Source: Okamejei kenojei (lineage: Eukaryota). Taken from it: 64,000 bases of DNA. The position numbers and the translations under genes are program-made. Within the stretch, counting starts at the first letter, position 1. Each line of letters opens with the position of its first letter. Below the pieces are notes generated by a model. That model had not been told where the DNA came from, searched no databases, and worked only from the letters and a program-made list of their open reading frames with translations. The DNA is taken from the NCBI GenBank assembly GCA_035221665.1, contig JAVHYY010000297.1, positions 124,001 through 188,000 of the forward strand, given 5' to 3'. This document shows, in pieces, positions 49,666-62,588 of the stretch.

Positions 49666-51252
49666 TCCCCGATGACCACCAGCCCCTCACACTCAACCCC
49701 TACGGCGTGCACGTGGCACTGAGTAGTATCAATGTACGTAAGGCTGCTGGCCCTGACGGCATCCCCGGGCGCGTCATCAGGACCTGTGCTGCACAGCTGA
49801 CAGACGTCTGGACTGACATTTTCAACCTGTCACTTGCCCAGGCACTTGTCCCCACGTGCCTTAAAACTACCTCCATCGTGCCAGTGCCAAAACACTCCAC
49901 TGCGGCAAGACTTAAGGACTTCCGCCCAGTTCACTCACCCCTATCATCGCGAAGTGCTTTGAAAAGCTGGTCATGGCACACCTCAAATGCTGCCTTCATC
50001 CCAGTCTGGACACCTACCAGTTTGCATAGCGCAAGAGCAGGAGCACGGAGGATGCCATCTCAACGGCACTCCACTCCGCACTCTCACACCTCGACAACAG
50101 AAACACTTATGCGAGAATGCTGTTCATCGGCTACAGCTCAGCATTCAACACCATTATCCCCTCGAAATTGATCGCCAAACTCGATGACCTGGGCATCAAC
50201 CCCTCCCTCTGCAATTGGTTACTGGACTTTCCAACCGACAGACCACAGTCTGTTAGGTTGGATAACCACTCCTACGCTCACCCTGAACACTGGCGTACCC
50301 CAGGGCTGCGTGCCGAGCCCCATCCTCTACTCCCTCTTCACCTACGACTGCATACCTGTATATGGTACCAACACCATCATCAAGTATGCAGATGACACGA
50401 CGGTGATTGGCCTCATCAGCGACAACGATGAGTCGGCCTACAGGGAGGATGTTCAGCTCCTAATACCTGGCCCTCAACTCCAAGAAGACCAAGGAGCTCA
50501 TTGTGGACTTCAGGAGATCGAGAGGCTGCACGCACAACCCCATCCATATCAACGGGACGGAGGTGGAACGTGTCTCCAGCTTCAGGTTCCTGGGGGTCAA
50601 CATCTCCGATGACCTCTCCTGGACCCACAACATATCCTCGCTGATCCAGAAGGCTCACCAGCGTCTCTTCTTCCTGAGGAGACATAAGAAGGTCCACCTG
50701 TCTCCCCAGGTTCTGGTGAATTCTACCGCTGCACCATCGAGAGCATCCTTACCAACTGCATCACAGTATGGTATGGTAACTGCTCTGTTGCCGACCGGAA
50801 AGCTCTGCAGAAGGTGGTGAAGATCGCCCGACGCATCACGGGCTCCTCACTCCCCTCATTGAGTGTGCCCATAGTAAACGATGCCTGCGTACGGCGCACA
50901 GCACCGTCAGGGACAGCTCACACCCCAACCACAGACTGTTTACCCTCCTCCCATCTGGAAGGCGCTACAGGTCCCTGCGCTGCCGGACCAGCAGGCTCAA
51001 GAACAGCTTCTTCTCTGCGGTTGTCACACTTCTCAACGCTGCACCTCAATGACTGCCTGTCTCCACCCCTCACCCCCCGCCCCCTGACTATCCAATCACC
51101 AGCAAATTGCACGGACACCACTGCATATGTATATGTATTAGTTGTTTATTCGTAAGTTCGCCCTTCGGAGATACCAATTGAATTTCGTTTTCTCTGTATT
51201 GTACACTGCACAATGACAATAAAGATTGAATTGAATTGAATTGAATTTAATT
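49666..51252 (+). mobile_element. Rex1/Babar-type LINE, 5'-truncated, with (ATTGA)n tail, specific to copy B
   Basis: Motifs [44 protein letters not shown] and KAHQRLFFLR; AATAAA followed by (attga)n. Interrupts a SINE that is intact in A (~21035). Confidence 0.92.
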
Positions 51253-51627
51253 GAAAACCGTGGCACCCCGAGAAATCCCACATACTCCCAGGGAGAACGT
51301 GGAAAGATCACGTAGAAAACACTGGTAGACAAGATGGAACCCCCGTCTTTGGCGCTGTGGGGCAGCATCTCTACCACTCGCTAGAACCACGCTTGTTAGA
51401 CACCAAGCCGTTACTAGCACCACCCTCTCCTTCAACATTTCGCCCTCTGTCCTATCGCTGTCCCAATATGCATTCCCATTGCTGTGCAATTCCCCAAGCT
51501 GCAAACCTCCTGCGCTCGCTCTAAAGCGCAGGACTGAGAAAGAACTTAGAAAAGAAATTTCAAAACGGAGCTAAACCAACTTTGAAGTACGTGTGCACAG
51601 CGGACGCAAACTTTGAAGGGGCCTCAC

Positions 51628-51984
51628 CCAGAACGTGCAGTTGGACGGGGGTTATGAAGGTGTGCGAATCAAAGCCGTCCACTTCCACGTAGAAGTAGTA
51701 CACATCAGAGTCTTCGGATCTGAGGTGATTGATCTGCAGCGAGCAATCTTTCTCTCCCAGGTTGCCAACGATTTTAGCCCTCCCCTTGAACCCGGCCATT
51801 CCGTAGTTGGGATCTCTGGAGTAACATACCGTGTACTTCCAGTAGTACCAATACTTGAACCACGCTCCGTGGATAGCGGTGTAATGATGCGAGGGGAAGT
51901 CGAACGTACAAGGTATCACAACGCAAGAATTCCTGATGGCACGATGGGACCGAGCCCGCATGGTCCATTCACCCGACTGCACGC
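51628..51984 (-). CDS. Copy B Siglec-type V-set exon
   Basis: 357 nt, phase 1-1. Three aa differences from copy A (TVYYS to TVCYS; DTYTF to DSHTF). Confidence 0.92.
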
Positions 51985-54716
51985 CTGGAATGGTGGAGCA
52001 GATAAGTTGACGACAGTGTTAAATGGTGCGGAAGGAACAACTAAAACAGCAATAGACAATCTACTTGAATGATTAAAGTTAAGTCATTGGTACCTTCAAC
52101 AGAAAAAATAACATTCTGACTTGCTGCACATTTTATACAATTACATAGCTACAATATGCCATAATTAAAAACATCAGAGAATAACATTTCTGCTGTCATA
52201 GAGTTAAGGTGAAGGGGGAACATTTAATATGAATCTGAGGGGTACCTTTTTCGCCACAAATGTTTAGTTTAGTTTAGTTTAGTTTAGATACCGAGCGGAA
52301 TCAGGTCCTTCAGCTCTACATATCGGCGCCGACCGCCGATTCCCGCACACAAACATTATCCTACACGGTGGGGCCAATTTCCAATTTTACAGAAGACAAT
52401 TGAACTATATTTCTTTGGCGTGGTGGGTGTACGAAACGACAGAGGGGGTAGTCGACGCAGGGATTATTGCAACGTTGAATAAACTTAAACTGGTACTTGG
52501 ATAGGACAGATTAGGAGGAATAAGGGCCACACGTATGCAGGTGGGACTAGTGTACACTGGCATGTTGGCCGGTGTGGGCAATGTTGACGNNNNNNNNNNN
52601 NNNNNNNNNNNNNNNNNNNNNNNNNNNNNNNNNNNNNNNNNNNNNNNNNNNNNNNNNNNNNNNNNNNNNNNNNNNNNNNNNNNNNNNNNNNNNNNNNNNN
52701 NNNNNNNNNNNNNNNNNNNNNNNNNNNNNNNNNNNNNNNNNNNNNNNNNNNNNNNNNNNNNNNNNNNNNNNNNNNNNNNNNNNNNNNNNNNNNNNNNNNN
52801 NNNNNNNNNNNNNNNNNNNNNNNNNNNNNNNNNNNNNNNNNNNNNNNNNNNNNNNNNNNNNNNNNNNNNNNNNNNNNNNNNNNNNNNNNAGATCGATNNN
52901 NNNNNNNNNNNNNNNNNNNNNNNNNNNNNNNNNNNNNNNNNNNNNNNNNNNNNNNNNNNNNNNNNNNNNNNNNNNNNNNNNNNNNNNNNNNNNNNNNNNN
53001 NNNNNNNNNNNNNNNNNNNNNNNNNNNNNNNNNNNNNNNNNNNNNNNNNNNNNNNNNNNNNNNNNNNNNNNNNNNNNNNNNNNNNNNNNNNNNNNNNNNN
53101 NNNNNNNNNNNNNNNNNNNNNNNNNNNAATAGATCGAACAACCCACAGATCGATCAACAAGCAGATCAATCAACCAATCAATCAATCAACCAATGTCGAT
53201 CAATCAACCGATCAATCAATCATTCAATCAATCAATCAATCGATCAATCAATCAATTAATCAATAGATGGAACAACCCACAGACCGACGAACAAACAGAT
53301 CAATCAATCGATCGATCATTCCATTAATCAATCAATCAAACAATCAATAAGCATGCAGAAACATAAATAAATATATAAATAGAACATAGGTAGATCGATA
53401 AATAAATTAATTGATAGATCAATAAATAAACACGTAGATAAATAACTAAACAATAAACACATGAACAAAAAGATAAATAGATAGATGAACGGATAAATAC
53501 ATAAATAGATAAATAATTAAATAGGCAAATGAATAAACACATAGATAAACAGATAAATAAACAAATGTAGATATAGAAAAATACATAAATGAGGATAAAT
53601 AAATAGATAAATTAGAGGGCAAATTGATCAATAAATTGATCACTTGAAAAATAAATAAATTAAAAAAATAAATGGGTAAATAAATAGATAAATAAACAAA
53701 CAAACATATAGATAAATCAATCAACCATTCAATTATCGAATCGATCAATCGATGAATCGATCAATCAATCAACTGATCAATCGCACATTCAGTTGCTGAA
53801 TCAATCAACCAATCAAGCATACACTCCATCAATCAACCAACCATTCAATCAATCAACGAATCAATGGATCGATCAACCAACCAATCAATCATCCAATCGA
53901 TCAATCGGTCAATCAATAAATCAGTCAATCTATCGATTAACGGCTCGATCAATCAACCGACCAATCAATCTAACAATCAACCACTCATTCAATCAACCAT
54001 CAATGAATTAATCAATCAATAAATCAATCAATCAATCAATCAATTTTATCTCCCGTATATCTTGTACTTCTAATCTCCCTTCTTCTTTCAGGCGGGTGAA
54101 GCGCCTCGACCCGGAACGTTGTTTGTCCAGTTCTCTGCACAATGGTTGCCTGATTTGCTGTGAATTTCAGAAGATTGTTTGTTTATCCACAACATTCTCC
54201 TCTGCAAATATCTAAGATCGCTGTCCCAACGATGGGCTGATATGGATTTCTTATTTCTCCTCCATCTCACCGCAAACATAGAACCGTAGCCCAGGGCCAC
54301 CATTCTTGTGCCGAACGTGATGCCACATCAATCAACTCCGCCTACACATAAATCATACCACACCATTCGCTGCACATCTATGGACCTATTTAAAATAGTT
54401 TTAAATGCCACTATCGTATCTCCCTCCACCACTACCCCCAGCTGTGCATTCCCGGCACCCGCCGTTCTCTGTGCACAAAGCGTGTCCCGTGCAACTGATG
54501 TTGGCGAAGTGGCAGGAAGGAGGAATGATCGCAGGATGGATGATAGACGTGAATTCCACAAATGAGATGTTGAACTAATAGGCTCCATGGCCTCAACGGT
54601 GGTGGCCGACTCGTGTGCGTTATTGCACTGCGTCCATGCTGACATTAGCCCCATCGTATCACTATTATAATTTGCAAGGGATGTAAGCAATAAGTGCAAA
54701 ACGTTGCCGATTTTAC

Positions 54717-54756
54717 CATGGAGAAGTAACAGGGGGAAGCAATATTGCCAGATCAT
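54717..54756 (-). CDS. Copy B signal-peptide exon, coding part (whole exon 54717-54798)
   Basis: Identical leader MIWQYCFPLLLLH-G; splice sites intact. Confidence 0.85.
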
Positions 54757-57242
54757 TGTGTTTTCTTGAACATATCGTCCGTTTACGGTTATCAGGATCT
54801 GTAAAAAAAAGAGCAATCAAATAATGTCACTATGGGCGGCACGGTGGCACAGCGGACAGAGTTGCTGCCTTACAGTGTGGAGAGACTCGGGTTCCATCCT
54901 GCCTCCGGGGACTGTCTGTCCGGATTTTGTACGTTCTCCACATCACCTGCGTGGGTTTACGGTTGGTGCTGCGCTTTCCTCCCACACACCAAAGACGTTG
55001 TGGTTTGTAGGTCATTTGGCATCGATAACATATTGATAACATTATAAATTGTATCTAGTGTGTGTAGGGTTATGTTCGTGTGCAGAAACGTTGGTCGGCG
55101 CGGACTCCGCAGGCCGAAGAGCATATTTCCCCGCTATATCTATAAATTAAGCTAAACTAATTCTTTAGAAATATATTCTCGCTTCGCGGTTTTGCGCCTC
55201 AAAGATCAGAACCACACATATTAATAACATAATTGATATACCAACAGATCGCAGGAGATCCTGGAGAAAATCTACGCAGTTCACTGCGAGAACGTACACA
55301 TTCGTACAGACAGCATCCGTAGTCGGGAGCGGACATAGTTAAAGCAGCAAATCCACGGCTGCGCCAGCGTTCCACCTTGCCACCGTATAGTTATATGAAG
55401 AGGAAAGATGCATGGAAGTTAAGGTTGTGAGACAGGGTAATAGAAGAGCATAGAAAATAAAATTGCACGTGACCCATGATGTTTGTACCGAACACGATGC
55501 TGTGTTAAAATATTCTCGCCTGCCTATACGGGGCACACTCGTCCATATCCTGCATGTCCGAGTGCCTAATACTACTATAGATCTGCTTCCAATACTGCCA
55601 TTGGCAGCGCGTTCCAGACGCCCCCATCCTTTTCGTAAGTTGGGACTAGATGTATGAGTCAATGATTCTGTTGGAATCTGTATTTTCTGCAGATAATATC
55701 AGTGGACCACTATGGGCTTCACCTTTCCTTGATAATCGTTACATTTTGCAAATGTTTCATTCAAATGATCTCTATCTCTATATCACCTGCTGTATCTCGT
55801 TTCTCTTTCCCCTGATTCTCAGTCTGAAGAAGTCCCGACACGAAATGTCACAAATTCATTTGCCCCAAAGATGCTGCCTTACTCGCTCAGTTCCCCTTCC
55901 TTTCGTGTCTATCTTCCAGCTCAGTTAGGTAACCTGTTCGGCACGAACCAGAGGGACTGAATTGTCTGTTCCAGTTATGTATAGCTGGACGATTTTAATC
56001 GTCGTTCTGGGTCTGTAGTTCAGCAAAGTTCCCGAATCAGATAAAAAAAAGGATTTTGGCTCAAAAAGAAACATATTTGAATTGTGATAGTGGCTGTCAA
56101 CACACTCATTCCCCTAATTAAATTGCTCAATCGTCCAGGGCCAGAACCGTTAGTTACCCTACCCATCATGAACTTCACCACCTACATGACTCCTGGACAT
56201 TTAGCAGTGATGAATTTGCCTTTGAGTTCTGCTGTGGGATTTGTAGCCAAATTCGTTTGGGTCTAAAACGGCATTGCCGCATCTGCGAGAGGCCACGTTG
56301 CAACACTTTTACCAGAAACAAACAGAAGTTTACATTTCCCAATGCATTTCAGAGAGTCAAATGGACATTTTATTTTGGCAAGGAGGCGATAATGCAGAGC
56401 GTACATACAGACTTGCACCAACACACTCGCATACACACACATATACCTACAAACACACACACGCTTACAATCACCCACCCACAAACAAACGCACACGCTT
56501 CGAGACACACACACACACACACTTACAAACATACAAACACACACGTACAAACAAACACAGACATACTCGATGAGTCGGCGAGCAGCCGCCAAGATCAGAA
56601 GGGGCGGGGGGGCACCAAGATTGAAGGGGGGACCCGGCGGGGAAGCGGGGGGGGGGAAGGGTTGAGCCTGAAACCACATGCCGCGGCAGGCAGAAGATAG
56701 GACTGCTCGGTAATCATTTGTAACTTCGTCAGCGCCAGAAAAGTGGCTATATTTGTGAACTGATGACGTGATGTCTGACATACGATTTTACCGGGTTGTG
56801 TGCAAAACAAAGCATTTCGCTGTAGCTAGGCACTTGTGAACAATAAATCATAATTGATCATCTGATCATTGAATACACACATGCACACAAGTACAAATCC
56901 ACCCCAGGCATGCACACACACCCCACCCCGCGCTCACACGTGCACCCAATACTGCATATAGAGAACACACAGAACACAGCATATACAGAACACACACGCG
57001 TTCAATAAACGCACACATACACAGACGCCCTCGCAAATAAAACGCATGCACACCTTCCATAAAGACACACTCGAAGGCGGGCGCGCATTCACACAGACCC
57101 ACACAGTAGCAGCGCAGGTAACTAATCAAATGTAACCCCCCATTCACACAAACAGACCACAACCCCCCCCCCCCCCCCCCATTATTTTATCATATGAATA
57201 GTGAGCAATTTCGCAAACTCGAGAGAAGATAGTCCTACTTAC

Positions 57243-57440
57243 TTTCAAAGCTGTCGGGGTTGCAGCTTGCACTGAGCTTCTGTGAATCTGCGGGGTCGTC
57301 TCTGTGATTCTGCAGGTTTGGTCACTTCGGTTCGAAAACCGTCGCACCTGTAAATTGCGGATAAAGCCCCGTTAAAGCAGGCCACGGGGCCCGGACGTTG
57401 CACTGATCTCTCCTCAGAACCGATGTTGATTTTGAAATGT
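57243..57440 (-). other. Copy B putative non-coding exon 1 (5' boundary approximate)
   Basis: Near-identical to 27215-27410 (offset +30028); donor GAAA|GTAAGT. Confidence 0.6.
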
Positions 57441-57462
57441 CCAAATGAGCTGGATCGAACGG

Positions 57463-57568
57463 TTTATGTAACAGCAGTGGGACGACCACTAGCCACGTCA
57501 GAGAGGCGGCGATTGGACGTCCTGTTAGAGGGTGTTTCCGGGTCCATATTTCGAACAGTTTCCGGAAT
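57463..57568 (-). promoter_or_regulatory. Putative promoter of copy B
   Basis: Same CCGGAA, CCAAT, TGACGTGG and CATAAA cluster as copy A. Confidence 0.5.
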
Positions 57569-57709
57569 GATTGAACATCTGTGAAACCGTAGACATTTTG
57601 AATAAGTTATTATTTTCGAGATAGACGACATAAACCACCACCATTTGCAAATCACAATGGAAGTGCAAATACAATCTTCCGTAAGAATCGCTTTTCAAAT
57701 TCAGTGAGC

Positions 57710-60232
57710 TAGAAACATTAAAACATAGAAAATAGGTGCAGGGGGTGGCTATTCTGCCCTTCTTGCCAGCACCACCATTCATTGCGATCATGGCTGATCG
57801 TCCCCATTGAGTAACACGTGCCTGCCTTCTCCCCATATCCCTTGGCTCCACTAGCCCCTAGAGCTCTATCTAACTCTGTCTTAAATCCATCCAGTGAGTT
57901 GGTCTCCACTGCCCTCTGTGGCAGGGAATTCCACAAATTCACAACTCTCTGGGTGAAAACTTTGTTTTTACCTCAGTTTTAAATTGTCTCCCCTTTATTC
58001 TAAGACTGTGGCCCCTGGTTCTGGACTCGCACAACATTGGGAACATTTTTCCTGCATCTAGCTTGTCCAGCCCATTTATAATTTTATTTGTTTCTATGAG
58101 ATCCCCATCATCCTTTTACACTCTAGTGAATACAAGCCTAGTCTTTTCAATCTTTCCTCATATGGCAGTCCCTCCATCCCATGATTCAATTTCGTGAAGC
58201 TACGCTGCACTACCTCAATCACAAGGATGTCCTTCCTCAAATTAGGAGACCAAAACTCAACGCAATACTCGAGATGTGGTCTTACCAGAGCCCTATACAC
58301 CTGAAGAAGAGCCTCTCTACTCCTATACTGAAATCCTCTGTTATGAAGGCCAACATTCCATTAGCTTTCTCAACTGCCTGCTGTACCTGCACGCCAATTT
58401 TCAGAGACCCATGTACAAGGACATCCAGTTCTCCCTGTACCTCCCCCTTACCTAACCTAACCTAATTGAGATAATAATCTCCCCCCTTGTTTTTTGCCAT
58501 CAAAGTGGATAACCTCACATTTATCTATATTATATTGCATCTGTCACGCATCTGCCCACTCACCCAACCTGCCCAGGTCAACCTGCAACCATCTAACATC
58601 CTCTTCACGGTTCACAGTGTCACCCAGCGTTGTGTCTTCCGGAAAATTGCTAGTGGTGCTCCCAATTCCCTCTTCCAAATCATTAATATATATGTCAAAC
58701 AGTTGCGGCCGCAAAACCGTGCCTTGCCGCACTCCACTCGCCGTTGCCTGCCATTCTGAAAATGACCTGTTCACTCCTACTTTTTGCTTTGACCCCCAAT
58801 ACCATTGGGACTAATTTTAGTCACCAGTCTCCCGTGCGTGACGTTATCAAACGCTTTCCGAAAGTCTAGATACACTACATCCACAGGTTGCCATTCATCC
58901 ATTTTACTTTTCACATCCTCACAAAATTTCAGAAGATTAGTCAAGCATGATTTTCCTTTCATAAATCCATGCGGACTTGCACTAATCCTTTTACTGCTAT
59001 CCAAATACCCCCATTATTACCACTTTAATAATTGACCCCAGCATCTTTCCCACCACCAAAGTGAGGCTAACTGGGATGTAATTCCCCGTTTTCTCTCTCG
59101 CTCCTCTCTACAAAAGTGGGATGACATTGGCTATCGTTCAATCCGCAGGAACTGATCCTGAATCTATTGAACATTAGAAAATATCACCAATGCGTCCACT
59201 ATCTCTAGAGCCACCTCCCTGAGGACCCTGGGATGCAGTCCATCATGCCCCGGGGATTTATCATCCTTCAGTACCATTAGCCTACCCAATACTATTTCTC
59301 GCCTAATGAAAAATTATTTCAGTTCTTCGACCCCCTTAGATCCTCAGTCCTCCAGTACGTCTGGGAGATTGTTTGTGTCTTCCTTAATGAAGACAGACTC
59401 GAAGTACCTGTCCAACTCTTCTGCCATTTCCTTTTTCCCCATAATAATTCACCAGAGTCTGCCTTCAAGGGACTCACATTTGACGCTGCTACTCTCTTTC
59501 CCTTAACATATCTAAATAAGCGTTTACAGTCTTTTTTTTTATATTCCTGGCCAGCTTCCCTTCGTACTTCACCTTTTCGGCCCGTATTGCCCATTTTGTT
59601 TCCTTCTGTTGCCCTATGAAAGTTTCTCAGTCCTCTGGCCTCGGCTACTCTTTGCTATGTTAAACATATGTTTTTGTTGGTTTATAATCAATCACTAACT
59701 TATCTTGTCAGCCAGGGTTGCCTCCTACTCACCTTAGAATATGTCCTCCTTTTTGGAATGAAGTGTTCCTGCGTCTTCCGGGTTATGCAAATACATTCCT
59801 GCCATTGTTGTTCCACCGTAATTCCTGCTAGTATCCCTTTCCAGTCTACCTTGGCCAGCTCTTCGCTCATGCCTTCATAATCCTCATTGTTCAGCTGCAT
59901 CACTGCCACTTCCGATGTAACCTTCGCCTTCTCGAATCTATTCTAAGACTGTGGACCCTGGTTCTGGACTCGCCCAACATTGGGAACATTTTTCCTGCAT
60001 CTAGTTTGTCCAGTCCTTTTATAATTGTGTCTGATTCTTTAAGACCCCCCTCATCCTTTAAAACTCAATGAATACAAGCCCAGTCTCTTCAATCTTTCCT
60101 CATATGACAGTCGCGCCATCCCAGGGATCAATCTCGTGAACCTATGCTGCACTACCTCAATCACAAGGATGTCCTTCCTCAAATTAGGAGACCAACGTGT
60201 ACACAATATTATAGATGTGGTCTTACCAGAGC
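57710..60232 (-). mobile_element. CR1 LINE (duplicate of 27682-30200)
   Basis: Near-identical sequence. Confidence 0.93.
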
Positions 60233-62582
60233 CACATCGACAAAATCGGCAAAATAGATAGTTCAAACGAAATTTCCATATGACAAACCAAAATTATTTA
60301 CCACTGATCGGCCAACAGCTACAACAGTACGCAAACAGCTGCAGAACATCGATATTTGGGAAAGGCAAGAGACGGCAAATGCTGTTGTCTAGAGAAAAGG
60401 GTAAAATGCTGGAGGAACTCAGCGGATCGGGTAGAAAGCGTGGATGATAATGGACAGACGACATTTTTGGGCGGGGCCCTTTTTCAGCCTGGTCCATTTT
60501 TCTCCTCATCTTCTTCCCAGCCCACTGAGTTCCTCCAGCAGTTTCCCTTTTACTCGAGATCCCAGCATCTGCAGTTTCTTGCCTATGCCAATTAGGGATA
60601 TTCGGCTCATTATATCTCTAATTTACCAGCGTATTAATCGCTGTCCTTCGTGAAAAACAGGCGCTATACTTTCAATCCCGCATGTGTACTATTTTGGCCG
60701 CTTGCAAATGCGTGCTCAAGACGGTTCCAGTTCGCCCAGAACCATATTTTAGTTATTTTCGGAAGGAGATGAGGAGAGGTTTCCTTAGTGATGGGAATTT
60801 AGTTATGGGAAGGTGAATCTGTGGAACTGTTTGCCACAGAAAGCTGAAGAGGCCAAGTCAGTTGATACTGTTAAGGCAGAGGGAAGAGATTTTTAATTAG
60901 TACAGTGTCAGAGTCATGGGGCGAAGGCAGGAGAATGGAGCTGAGAGGAAGAGGTAGATCAGCCATGATTGAATGGCGGAGACTTGATGGGCCGAATGGC
61001 CTAATTCTATTCCTATCACATCACCTTATGGATTATGAACTACTTTGGCCTTTTCTAAAAGCATGTCTGCACTGACAAATATCTCAGTATTGCCTCCCCA
61101 GCGCTGAGTCGGTTTCAAAATCTGATCACTGTCCGTACAAGTCTCTCGCCACATGTCACGTGTTGCTTCATCCTGCATTGTTAATGATGACATCCGGCTT
61201 GCCGGGCCTATTAAGAACTGTGTGTGTCCATCTCGGGGAGGGGGGAGAAATTTCCGACCATCTGGCCTCTTCGGGAGGTTGGATGTACAGGACCAGCAGG
61301 TTTTCCACATTAATGGAGAATCATTTCAATGTAACTTAACTTGGGGTTGCGCCGTGGCTCAGCTGCTAGAGTTGCTTCTCTCTCACCGCTACAAAAGCGG
61401 GTTCGATCCTGACCGTGTTTAAATCAGTTCAGCTTAGTTTAGTGTTTTGTCACGTTCGCCGAAGTACTATTAAAAAAAACTTTTTGTTTGGTCGCTTGAT
61501 AACCAGTGAGAACAACGACTGTACATTATTACGATCATGCAGTCCATAACGTACATGTACATAATAGAAAATATAATGCTTAAATCGCGTACGTTTAATC
61601 CGGGTTCCCGGTTTCCTACCGCATCCAAAAGCCGCGTGAGTTTGTCGAGAAGCTGGACTTTACAAATTGCCTCCAATGTGCGGGTAGTATGACGAGGCGA
61701 TCTATGTTCAGCGTTGGCTCGTTGGGCCAAAGGGCTAGTTTCCAAGAGAACCATAAGGCTCTTTCACATAGCGGCACAGTGGCGAGGCGGGTAGAGTTGC
61801 TGCCTCACAGCGCCAAAGACCTGGCTTTTATCTTTACCTCGATTGATGTCTGTGTGGAGTTTGCACGATCTCCTTGTGCCCTCGTGTGATTATTCGTGGC
61901 GTTCCCGTACCCTCTCGCATTCCAAATACTGTAGCTTTGAGAGGCCATGGTAAATTCCCCTTCATGTGTAGAAAATTGATAGAGCTAACGTAAGTTGCAT
62001 AAGGCGTTGGCGAGACGGCATTTAGAGGATTATGTTCCATTCTTGGCACCAAGTTATTGGAATGATGTTGTCAAGCTCGAAAGGGTACAGCGATGATTTA
62101 CGAGGATATTGCCAGAACCAGAGGGTCTGAGCTGCAGGGATGGGTTGAGAAGACTGGGATTCCATTCCCTGGCGCTCATGGTACATGAGGGGTAATCTTA
62201 TAGAGGTCTATAAAATCATGAGAGGAATAGATCGGGTAGATGCACATAGTCATTTGTCCAGAGTAGGTGAATCGAGAACCAGAGGAAATAGGTTTAAGTC
62301 GAAGGGGAAAATATTTAATAGAAATCTGAGGGAGAACGTTTTCACACAAATGGTGGTCAGAGTCTTTGGTTGCAATCATTTTATTTATTTCATTTGTATT
62401 GTGATAATTACATTATTGGTTGTTTGCTTAATTGATATCATCTATTAGCGTATAGCTTGCACATCTGTTATGCTTCTGCAAAATCGACTTTCATTATTCC
62501 ATTGACTGTACATACGACAGTTAAATCCATGTGATTCTTGATTCCTCATATCGGTGACGCTTTTCAATCAATCGTATCTCAC

Positions 62583-62588
62583 CTTCTC
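62583..62588 (-). CDS. Copy C putative 6-nt microexon; upstream exons of copy C lie beyond the window
   Basis: Same acceptor-GAGAAG-donor context. Region is near-identical to copy B at offset ~+30008. Confidence 0.55.

Noticed and set aside
379-57440. Assigning an ortholog symbol (MAG, CD22, SIGLEC1, SIGLEC15)
   Set aside because: Domain count, missing Arg, missing TM and low apparent similarity do not fit a specific ortholog; phylogeny and synteny are needed.
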